Notes under the pieces: generated by a model
Databases searched by the model: none
Told to the model about the DNA's origin: nothing
The model's input: only the letters and a program-made list of their open reading frames with translations
Made by a program: the position numbers and the translations under genes
Shown here: piece by piece, positions 31,280-39,539 of the stretch
How the letters are laid out: each line of letters starts with the position of its first letter
How positions within the stretch are numbered: position 1 is the stretch's first letter
Source of the DNA: Bacillales bacterium UBA5578
GTDB taxonomy: Bacteria; Bacillota_I; Bacilli_A; RF39; UBA660
Assembly (NCBI GenBank): GCA_002425325.1
Contig: DIMA01000012.1
Coordinates: 24,341 to 64,759, forward strand
Length of the DNA: 40,419 nucleotides
Direction: 5' to 3'

Positions 31280-32414
31280 TTAAGAAACAATAATCTTGAT
31301 ATGCACAATCTTTGATGGTATATGTATATTTATATTTTTTAGTCTTACTACTATTATCTTTTACATAATTCTTTAAAATATTAGTTAATTCTGTTTCATA
31401 ATTAGTAGTAGTTAATGTACCACTTGTTAATTGTTCTGTATAATTAGCATTTTTATATAAAACATATTGTTTAGTAGCTTTATTAATTACACCAAATGCT
31501 ACATAATTATTTAAATATAATTCTACATTCTTATCAGATGTTGTTACTTCATAAGGAACTCTAACATCATAATATTCAATATTAGTATTAGGAACTTTCT
31601 TACAATTTCCATAATATACATATTTATTAGTTTTCTTTACATAAACCCAAGTACCAACATAACTTGTTTTAGTGTTATTAGCAGGAACAACAAATGATTT
31701 TAATGTATATTTAGCATTTTTAGTATATAAATTATCAATTCTTAAATCTATATATCTTGCATCTAGTGCTACTTTTTGATTATTTCTACCACAAAATTTT
31801 GCAGCATATGCACCTTTATATGCCCCCATATTTCCTTCATATATATCTAATAAAGTATTATATAAAATATCATTATTTGAAAAACTTTGAATAGTTATTT
31901 TATCTTTACTATAATATGTTACTTTATTAGTTCTATCGTTATGCATTACTGGGAATTTTAACTTAGTAACTTCTTCACTATTTAAATTTAATTTTGGATA
32001 TTCTTTTTCTTTCTCTTTCTCAATAGTTACTTGAACTTTCTTATTAGATGTTTTAATACCACTTATTTTTTTACTGATAGTAGGAAATAAAACTATAGCA
32101 ATTAAACATAATATAAGTAAAATAACCATAACTAATTTAGAAGTTTTTCCTGTATCAACTACTTCATTATTTTGTACTTCATTTACTACATTTTTTTGTT
32201 CAATAGTTTTATTAAAAGAAACAGCTGATTTTTGTTTCATACCAAATGATTCAATTGATGCATCAGCATTATAATTAACACCATTAGATTGATCTAAAAC
32301 TTGTTTTCTAAATGCATCACCATTATTTGTAGTTTCTTTTTCTTTTAATTCTTCTAATATTTCTTTCTTTAATCTTTCTTTCATTTCTTCTTCTGTTTCG
32401 TATTTATTATCCAT
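31260..32414 (-). CDS. Hypothetical single-pass membrane protein with large extracellular domain
   Basis: Charged N-terminus, TM LVMVILLILCLIAIVLFP, Tyr/Lys/Thr-rich C-domain with four Cys; GGAGG RBS. Confidence 0.8.
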   Translation of the reverse strand: MDNKYETEEEMKERLKKEILEELKEKETTNNGDAFRKQVLDQSNGVNYNADASIESFGMKQKSAVSFNKTIEQKNVVNEVQNNEVVDTGKTSKLVMVILLILCLIAIVLFPTISKKISGIKTSNKKVQVTIEKEKEKEYPKLNLNSEEVTKLKFPVMHNDRTNKVTYYSKDKITIQSFSNNDILYNTLLDIYEGNMGAYKGAYAAKFCGRNNQKVALDARYIDLRIDNLYTKNAKYTLKSFVVPANNTKTSYVGTWVYVKKTNKYVYYGNCKKVPNTNIEYYDVRVPYEVTTSDKNVELYLNNYVAFGVINKATKQYVLYKNANYTEQLTSGTLTTTNYETELTNILKNYVKDNSSKTKKYKYTYTIKDCAYQDYCFLSGEWIE

Positions 32415-32425
32415 ATTATCCTCCC

Positions 32426-33415
32426 TTATATAAGTGCATCTCTAACATAGACATTAACATCGTCATTAACATAAATAGTAAATACATCTTTATGTACTAC
32501 TTTTATAAAGCCCAACCCATTAATAACTATATCTTGATTATCATCTACACTAATTATTCTTTTCTTATATTCTTTTAATTTATCACAATCTTTATATACT
32601 CTATTAAATTTTAATTTATTAGAAACATAGAATGTTAAACTATTTTCATTTTCACAATCTATTCTAAATAATTCATCTATAAATATTGATTGTTTATCAT
32701 GTACTTGATATGTCTTAGGTTTAATCTCACTTGTAGGAACTATTTTCTTTATATCACTTGAATCAATATAATCTAAGAAATTACCTTCATCTAATAAACC
32801 AGGAGTATCAATAAATGTTAAATTATCATCTACATCTATTCTAATACTATCAATAGTAGTAGATCTAAGTGGACTAGTAGTTATTGATACATTTTTATCT
32901 GTATAATTATATAAATATTTATTTATCATAGTTGACTTACCAGCATTTGTAAATCCTACAATATATACTTCATTATTAGTTTTATAATAATTAATCATAT
33001 TTTTTAATAAATCAAAATTATAATTTTTTAAACTACTAATTATTAAAGTTTCTACTATATTTAATTTATATCTTTTAAAATAATTTATAATATTTTCATC
33101 ATAAACTGATACAGGTAGTATATCTCTTTTTGTTAATACTAATAATATTTTATTATTAATATATTTATTAATATCTTCTAAAGCCTTAGGTATATCAAAT
33201 AAATCAACTAATAATATTACTAAACTATCTGTCTTATTTATTTCTTTTAATATTTTAATATAGTCTTCATTTGATTTAGTAACTACTTTATAATCATTAT
33301 AATTTTTAATTCTAAAGCATCTTTCACATAAACTATTATCTAAATTAATAGTATATCCTAACTCTTTCTCACTAATATTTTGAAGTTCTACACCACAACC
33401 TGTACATTTATTCAT
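32426..33415 (-). CDS. yqeH: Ribosome biogenesis GTPase YqeH
   Basis: N-terminal CTGCG...CERCF zinc finger; circularly permuted TKRD, GFTNAGKST, DTPG. Confidence 0.9.
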   Translation of the reverse strand: MNKCTGCGVELQNISEKELGYTINLDNSLCERCFRIKNYNDYKVVTKSNEDYIKILKEINKTDSLVILLVDLFDIPKALEDINKYINNKILLVLTKRDILPVSVYDENIINYFKRYKLNIVETLIISSLKNYNFDLLKNMINYYKTNNEVYIVGFTNAGKSTMINKYLYNYTDKNVSITTSPLRSTTIDSIRIDVDDNLTFIDTPGLLDEGNFLDYIDSSDIKKIVPTSEIKPKTYQVHDKQSIFIDELFRIDCENENSLTFYVSNKLKFNRVYKDCDKLKEYKKRIISVDDNQDIVINGLGFIKVVHKDVFTIYVNDDVNVYVRDALI

Positions 33416-33929
33416 AATATCTTCCCTTTGTAAATAAATTTTGTTTTCTAAGTTTTTCTATAATTCTTTTTTCTCTTCTTCTTTTTAACTTTGCTATAAA
33501 GAATTCTTTATTACCAATTGGATTAACTAAAATAGTCGTTATACCAATATTATTACCACCATATATATCATCCATCATTGAATCTCCTATAATAGCAATT
33601 TCACTAAACTTTAATCCATAAATATTTATAATAGATAAAAATTTACGAGGATGTGGTTTACATGCAAATGCACAACAATCTACTTCTAATATATCTTTAA
33701 ATGGTCTTACTCTTTTCTTTAAACTATTAGAAAAAATAATTATTTTAAAACCTTTCTCTTTTAATTTATCAAATAATTCTTTTACATCATCACTTGGAAC
33801 GTTTTCTGTAATAGGTACTAATGTATTATCTAAATCAAAAAGTAAACATCTTATACCTCTTGAATAAAGTAAGTCATAATCAATTGTATATATACTTTTT
33901 TGGTACATATCTGGTACATACTTATCCAT
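33408..33929 (-). CDS. yqeG: YqeG-family HAD IIIA phosphatase
   Basis: FDLDNTL, SN, KP, IGDSMMDDIYGGN; directly upstream of yqeH. Confidence 0.9.
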   Translation of the reverse strand: MDKYVPDMYQKSIYTIDYDLLYSRGIRCLLFDLDNTLVPITENVPSDDVKELFDKLKEKGFKIIIFSNSLKKRVRPFKDILEVDCCAFACKPHPRKFLSIINIYGLKFSEIAIIGDSMMDDIYGGNNIGITTILVNPIGNKEFFIAKLKRRREKRIIEKLRKQNLFTKGRYYE

Positions 33930-34002
33930 ACAAACACTCCTTATGCTATAGATAATTTTATCATATTTCTATTTAATTATCAATAAAACATTAACCTTAC
34001 AG

Positions 34003-35157
34003 TTAATGTTTTATATTTATTTTTCCAATTATTATATCTTTTATATTTCTTAAATATAATTCATAAAATTTTAACTTATTTAAATCTTTATCAATAGTTA
34101 AATTATATTCCTTTAATACTTCATTATCTTTCTTTATTAATAATTTACCTACTACATCCCCTTTTTTACTTTTATAAGTAATTTCATTATATTTATAATC
34201 AATTGTATATTTATTATCCTTATCTATCTTTTTTCTTAATATATTGATATCTTCTATAGGTATTATATTTACTACTTCTTCTTTACTATTTAATACTTTC
34301 TTTTTAGCAACTATATCATCTTTTTTATATAATGTATCAATTGTATACTGAGCATATGCATAATCTAACATAGAACTAGTTTCACTATTTCTAGTTCCAC
34401 TATCAGGTTCACCCATAACAACAGATATAATACGCATATTATCTTTTTTCATTGTAGCTGTTAAACAATAACCTGATTCTTTTGTGTAACCAGTTTTTAA
34501 ACCATCTACACCTTGTTTAAATCTAACTAATTTATTAGTATTAACTAACCATATTTTTTTATCAGTTTTTTCCCTTAAATAAGTTTCATAAATAGAACTA
34601 TAATCTAATATCAATTGATGTGATACTAATTCTTTTGCTATAAAAGCCATATCATAAGCACTAGAATAATGATCTTTAGCATCTAATCCATGACAGTTTT
34701 TAAAATTAGTATTTTTTAATCCTAATTCTTTTACCTTATCATTCATCATTTTTACAAAATTTTCTTCTGTACCAGCTATTGCTTCTGCAAGTGCTACTAT
34801 AGCATCATTACCACTAGCAACACTAACTCCTTTTATTAAATCATCTACACTCATTTGTTCACCTTCTTCAAGAAGAATTTGTGAACCACCCATATCAGAA
34901 GCATTCTTACTAACAGTAATCATATCATCTAATTTAATTACATTACTATCAATAGCTTCCATTACTAATAATAAACTCATCATCTTAGTCATTGATGCAG
35001 GAGCTAATCTTTTATGAACATCATGTTCATATAATACTGTCCCTGTAGATGCTTCTATAATTATTCCACTTTTTGCATTCTTATCTAATGTATTTTCAGC
35101 AAAAGTATTTGGAAGAAAAAGAAAACTTATTAATATTAAAAATAATATTTTTTTCAT
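34003..35157 (-). CDS. D-alanyl-D-alanine carboxypeptidase (S11, DacF/DacB-like)
   Basis: Signal peptide; PASMTKMM (SxxK), ASGNDA (SxN), DGLKTGYT (KTG); SIYETYLR...WLVNTNKLVRF resembles DacF. Confidence 0.9.
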   Translation of the reverse strand: MKKILFLILISFLFLPNTFAENTLDKNAKSGIIIEASTGTVLYEHDVHKRLAPASMTKMMSLLLVMEAIDSNVIKLDDMITVSKNASDMGGSQILLEEGEQMSVDDLIKGVSVASGNDAIVALAEAIAGTEENFVKMMNDKVKELGLKNTNFKNCHGLDAKDHYSSAYDMAFIAKELVSHQLILDYSSIYETYLREKTDKKIWLVNTNKLVRFKQGVDGLKTGYTKESGYCLTATMKKDNMRIISVVMGEPDSGTRNSETSSMLDYAYAQYTIDTLYKKDDIVAKKKVLNSKEEVVNIIPIEDINILRKKIDKDNKYTIDYKYNEITYKSKKGDVVGKLLIKKDNEVLKEYNLTIDKDLNKLKFYELYLRNIKDIIIGKINIKH

Positions 35158-35185
35158 ATACACCTCTATAAAAATATATGAAAAA

Positions 35186-35210
35186 AATACTATAGATATA
35201 CTATAGTATT
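35186..35210 (-). terminator. Intrinsic terminator after pyk
   Basis: aatactatag-atata-ctatagtatt with a U-run on the minus strand. Confidence 0.7.
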
Positions 35211-36620
35211 TTAGATTGTTTCTATTTTCATTAAATTTGTAGGAATGATACTTTTTGAAGAACTAAATCCACCTGTAATAATTACATTATCTCCTTCATT
35301 TAAGTTAATGAATTCTTTAGCTTCTTTCATAGATTCTTCCATAATTTCATTCATACTTCCCCAATAATTAACAACTTTAGCATATACACCATAATTTAAT
35401 GTTAATAATGACGCTATTTCTTCTGATGGTACTAAAGCTAATATTGGACATTTTGGTTCTAAGTTAGATATTAATCTTGCAGAAATACCAGTCATTGTTG
35501 GTACAACTATTAATTTAGTGTCTAAACTATTAGCAGCTTCTGCTACTGATTTAATAATTGCATCAGTTGGATTAGTAACTACTTTATCAGCAAATATATT
35601 TTTATAAGTAATAGATTCTTCTATATGTTCACATATAGATGCCATACTTTTTACTGTTTCAACAGGATATTCACCAGTTGTAGTTTCTCCACTTAACATA
35701 ACAGCATCTGTACCATTGTATACAGCATTAGAAACGTCAGTTACCTCAGCTCTTGTTGGTCTTGGATTATGTTTCATACTTTCTAACATTTCAGTAGCAA
35801 CGATACAAATTTTTTTGTTACGACGACATGCTTTAACAATTTGTTTTTGACAAATTGGTAATATTTCCATAGGTACTTCTACACCTAAATCTCCACGAGC
35901 TACCATTAACCCATCAGATACTTCAACTATTTCATCTAAGTTATCCATACCAGTTTGGGATTCAATTTTAGAAATTATTTTCATATCTTCTCTATTTTGG
36001 CTTTTTAAAATTTCTCTAATTTCTAAAACATCTGCTGCTGATTCAACAAATGATGCAGCTAAATAATTTCCATCATGATTACATGCATAAATAATATCTT
36101 CTCTATCAACTTCAGATATAAATGGAATTGCTAATTTAACACCTGGAACTGATAAACTTTTTCTAGAATATAAAACTCCACCATTTATAATTTTACAATT
36201 AACAGAATTTTCATCACGTTCAATTACTTCAATTTTCATTAATCCATTTTCTAATAAAATGATATCACCAATACTTAATGAATCAATAGCTTCTTTATGA
36301 TTAACTGTAAATCTTTCTTCGTCACCAACTACATCTTCTTTAACAATTCTAATAGTATTACCTTCTACTAAGTTAATACCTTCTTCTTTTACAACACCAT
36401 TTCTAAATTCTGGTCCTTTAGTATCATATAAGATACCAATATTTTTATTAGTTAATTTTCTTACTTCTTTAACAGTATTTACTACATTAACTCTTTCTTC
36501 TAATGTAGCATGTGAAAAATTAATACGAGCTACATTAGCTCCAGCTTCTACCATTTTCTTAAATACTTCTACACTACAACTACTTGGACCAATACTTGTT
36601 ACTATCTTTGTTTTCTTCAT
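35211..36620 (-). CDS. pyk: Pyruvate kinase
   Basis: KTKIVTSIGP, RINFSH, DTKGPE, MVARGDLGVE, PRPTRAEVTDV, VMLSGET. Confidence 0.98.
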   Translation of the reverse strand: MKKTKIVTSIGPSSCSVEVFKKMVEAGANVARINFSHATLEERVNVVNTVKEVRKLTNKNIGILYDTKGPEFRNGVVKEEGINLVEGNTIRIVKEDVVGDEERFTVNHKEAIDSLSIGDIILLENGLMKIEVIERDENSVNCKIINGGVLYSRKSLSVPGVKLAIPFISEVDREDIIYACNHDGNYLAASFVESAADVLEIREILKSQNREDMKIISKIESQTGMDNLDEIVEVSDGLMVARGDLGVEVPMEILPICQKQIVKACRRNKKICIVATEMLESMKHNPRPTRAEVTDVSNAVYNGTDAVMLSGETTTGEYPVETVKSMASICEHIEESITYKNIFADKVVTNPTDAIIKSVAEAANSLDTKLIVVPTMTGISARLISNLEPKCPILALVPSEEIASLLTLNYGVYAKVVNYWGSMNEIMEESMKEAKEFINLNEGDNVIITGGFSSSKSIIPTNLMKIETI

Positions 36621-36701
36621 AATATTACGCCACTCCTTTTTTTACGAACTCACTCATTATATTATAAAACAAAACATAAGTCAACAAAAAAAGATTATGT
36701 A

Positions 36702-37061
36702 TTATTTCTTTACATAACCTTTAATATCTTCATTTTTAATTACATCTTTAGCATATTTAGTATCATCATCGAAATATAAGTCACTATTCTTCATAAATCT
36801 CTTTAAAGTTTTTTTCGATTTAAATCTCATACTATCAAAGTAATGATTACTTTCTGGATAAGCAACAATAGATCCAATTGGAATTGTTAATCTATCTGTA
36901 TCATCTGTTATACAATCATATGTTTTTGTTTCATCACTTAAACATACTACTTGTCCATCTAATCCTCTTACTAATATAGCATATGATAGAAATGTCCAAG
37001 AAAAAGCGCCATCTTCTACTCCGTTAAATTCTCTAATGCTAACTAATTCGTATCTTGACAT
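36702..37061 (-). CDS. Hypothetical protein
   Basis: 119-aa ORF with a GGGGG RBS; no recognisable motif. Confidence 0.7.
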   Translation of the reverse strand: MSRYELVSIREFNGVEDGAFSWTFLSYAILVRGLDGQVVCLSDETKTYDCITDDTDRLTIPIGSIVAYPESNHYFDSMRFKSKKTLKRFMKNSDLYFDDDTKYAKDVIKNEDIKGYVKK

Positions 37062-37103
37062 AAATCCCCCTAAAAATTTAAAAAAGATAAATAATTATCT
37101 TTT

Positions 37104-37898
37104 TTATTGAATATTATTATTGTTATTATTATTATTATTATTTTTATTTGTCATATTTGCTAATGATTGAAATGCACTTAATATTTCTACTGGAATAGCA
37201 AAAATAACTGTATTTGATTGATCTGATGATAAATCATTTAATGTAGATAAAGTTCTTAAATGTAAAGCACCTGGTGTACTTCCCATTTTTTCAGCAGCAA
37301 GTGCTAAATTTTCAGAAGCTTCAACTTCACCTTTTGCTTTAGTAATAACAGCAGCTTTTTCTCTTTCAGCTTCTGCTACTTTTGCAATAACTCTCTTCAT
37401 TTCTTCTGGTAAAGAAATATCTTTTAATTCTACATTTTCAACTTTTACTCCCCATGGATCTGTAGCTTGATCAATTATTCCACAAATTTGTGAAGATAAT
37501 TTTTCTCTTTCACTTAATAATTCATCTAATGTAACAGAACCAACTATGTTTCTCATAGTAGTTTGTGCTAATTGACTAACTGCATAATAGAAATTTTCTA
37601 CTGCTAAAATACTTTTAGAAGCATCAAAAATTTTATAATAGATAACTGCATTAATTCTAACAGATACGTTATCTTTTGTAATTGCTTCTTGTTCTGGAAC
37701 ATCTACTGCCTTAGTACGAATATCTACTTTACAGTATGATTGAAATATAGGTAATACTACATTCCATCCAGGATTCATAATACTACTAAATTTACCACAA
37801 GTAAATTTAATTCCTCTTTCGTAATCATTAATTTGTTTAATTGAACTTAATAATATAACAACTAAAATTACTACTAAAATTATAACTAAACTTTCCAC
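37104..37898 (-). CDS. SPFH/band 7 (stomatin/slipin) family protein
   Basis: N-terminal TM; VDIRT, QEAITKDNVSVRINAVIYY, AQTTMRNIVG, WGVKVENVELKDI, AEAEREK; GTG start; poly-Asn tail. Confidence 0.93.
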   Translation of the reverse strand: MESLVIILVVILVVILLSSIKQINDYERGIKFTCGKFSSIMNPGWNVVLPIFQSYCKVDIRTKAVDVPEQEAITKDNVSVRINAVIYYKIFDASKSILAVENFYYAVSQLAQTTMRNIVGSVTLDELLSEREKLSSQICGIIDQATDPWGVKVENVELKDISLPEEMKRVIAKVAEAEREKAAVITKAKGEVEASENLALAAEKMGSTPGALHLRTLSTLNDLSSDQSNTVIFAIPVEILSAFQSLANMTNKNNNNNNNNNNIQ

Positions 37899-37986
37899 AA
37901 AATCACCTTCCGTACATATTATAACACACTGCTTTTTAAAATACTACAAATTTTTAGAAATATGATGTATAATTAAAATATGGAGG

Positions 37987-38955
37987 ATGCCAATGAAAAA
38001 GAGAAGAAAATTAAAGAAAAAAGCTGTAGTAGTTTTACTCTTAATTTTATTTATAATTATATTTGGATCTATTACAATAACTAATAAAATTAAAGAATAT
38101 AATTATCATAAAACAATAGAATATAAACTACTTAATTTAGGTTATTCAAAAGAAGAAATAAATATTCTTAAAGAAAAAACAAATACTAAATTTATGAACT
38201 CATTATTAGAAATAGAACGTGATGAAAATTACTTCTCTATTATTAATGATATATATTATATAAAAGATAATTTAGATGATTATATAGCATATTATGAAAG
38301 TCACTTAAATACAAAGCCTGATAAAGTAGTTACTAAAGTAAATATACATGCTACAAAAGATTGGTATGAAGAAACTAAAGAAACTGATACATCTAAAGAT
38401 ACTTTAATTATCAATAATAAATATTATAAGTTAAGTAAAGATTATGTTCCAGAAGACTTAATTGATGTTTCAAATTGGTATTCTTATGGTAAACAACAAT
38501 TAAGCAAAAGAGCTTATGAACCATTTTTAGAAATGTTTAATAAAGCTAAAGAAGAAGATATTACATTAATAATAAATTCTGGATATCGTTCTTATGATTA
38601 TCAAGAAGAATTATATAATAGTTATATAAAAAGAAATGGTCAAAAAGAAACAGATAATTATGCTGCTAGAGCTGGACATTCAGAACATCAAACAGGTTTA
38701 GCTATGGATTTAACAACATATGGATATAATGCTGATAACTTTCATGAATCTAAAGCATATAGTTGGTTACAAGATCATGCTCATGAATATGGTTTTATAA
38801 TGAGATATCCAAAAGATAAAGAAGATATTACAGGTTATAAATATGAATCATGGCACTATAGATATGTTGGAGTTGAAGTAGCAACATTTATTCATACATA
38901 TGATATTACATATGATGAATATTATGCTTATTATATTGAACATAATATGAAATAA
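37987..38955 (+). CDS. M15B (VanY-like) D-Ala-D-Ala carboxypeptidase, membrane anchored
   Basis: NSGYRSY, AARAGHSEHQTGLAMD, YESWHYRYVG; N-terminal TM. Confidence 0.92.
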   Translation: MPMKKRRKLKKKAVVVLLLILFIIIFGSITITNKIKEYNYHKTIEYKLLNLGYSKEEINILKEKTNTKFMNSLLEIERDENYFSIINDIYYIKDNLDDYIAYYESHLNTKPDKVVTKVNIHATKDWYEETKETDTSKDTLIINNKYYKLSKDYVPEDLIDVSNWYSYGKQQLSKRAYEPFLEMFNKAKEEDITLIINSGYRSYDYQEELYNSYIKRNGQKETDNYAARAGHSEHQTGLAMDLTTYGYNADNFHESKAYSWLQDHAHEYGFIMRYPKDKEDITGYKYESWHYRYVGVEVATFIHTYDITYDEYYAYYIEHNMK

Positions 38956-38980
38956 AAAAAGAAGTTAATACTTCTTTTTT
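38954..38980. terminator. Bidirectional terminator
   Basis: aaaaaaagaagt-taat-acttctttttt between convergent genes. Confidence 0.75.
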
Positions 38981-39362
38981 ATTTGTCATAATTCCATAAA
39001 CCCAATTTCCCTTTTGCTGGAATATATTCATCATATTTTTTTACATTTTCTAATTTCCATGCATAATTTTGTACATGTCCACTATTACCATATACTATAG
39101 GATCAATACTTTTCAATTCATTATCAAATTCTTCAGTTACTAATATACAATCTACTAAATCTGCTTCCCCTATTATCATTCCTTTAGAACATTCTAAATT
39201 ATAATCTTTAAACTTTTTTAATTGTTCTTTTTCTAATGATAATCCAGCATGAATTAATATCTTACCTCTATAATTAGTTTTCCAACTTCTAAATTCATAT
39301 TTTTTATGACCATCTATTATTAAAGTAGCCCATGGTTCTTTTATTGTTAATACTTTCATCAT
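38979..39362 (-). CDS. ASCH domain protein
   Basis: LTIKEPWATLIIDGHKKYEFRSWKTNYRGKILIHAG (GxKxxExR); KGKLGLW. Confidence 0.9.
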   Translation of the reverse strand: MMKVLTIKEPWATLIIDGHKKYEFRSWKTNYRGKILIHAGLSLEKEQLKKFKDYNLECSKGMIIGEADLVDCILVTEEFDNELKSIDPIVYGNSGHVQNYAWKLENVKKYDEYIPAKGKLGLWNYDK

Positions 39363-39385
39363 ATCACCTATATAAATTATAACAT

Positions 39386-39411
39386 AAAAAAACAGATAAA
39401 ATTATCTGTTT
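39386..39411 (-). terminator. Intrinsic terminator at the end of the CotD-like fragment
   Basis: aaacagataa-aa-ttatctgttt overlapping the stop codon, U-run on the minus strand. Confidence 0.7.
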
Positions 39412-39539
39412 ATAAAACCATTACATTTATTACATTCATTGTTAATAATTTGATTTTCTTCTGAACATGAATATTGAGGTGTATAAGTATGATTATAAAT
39501 ATGTCTATTAATAAAATGAGTATGTACTGGGATGATATG
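39402..39539 (-). pseudogene. 3' half of an interrupted CotD-like (His/Cys-rich) spore coat protein gene
   Basis: Hand translation HIIPVHTHFINRHIYNHTYTPQYSCSEENQIINNECNKCNGFINR*; no start codon or RBS, in-frame TAA (39542-39540) immediately upstream; His spacing resembles B. subtilis CotD (VPHIHPSHTTNVNHQHFQHVHYFP). Confidence 0.7.

Noticed and set aside
37107..37146. AAT trinucleotide run encoding poly-Asn at the SPFH C-terminus
   Set aside because: In-frame low-complexity tail typical of AT-rich genomes; length change would not switch the gene on or off.
8783..38955. Two VanY-like M15 peptidases as a vancomycin resistance locus
   Set aside because: No van ligase, vanH, vanX or linked vanRS; they are consistent with ordinary cell-wall carboxypeptidases.
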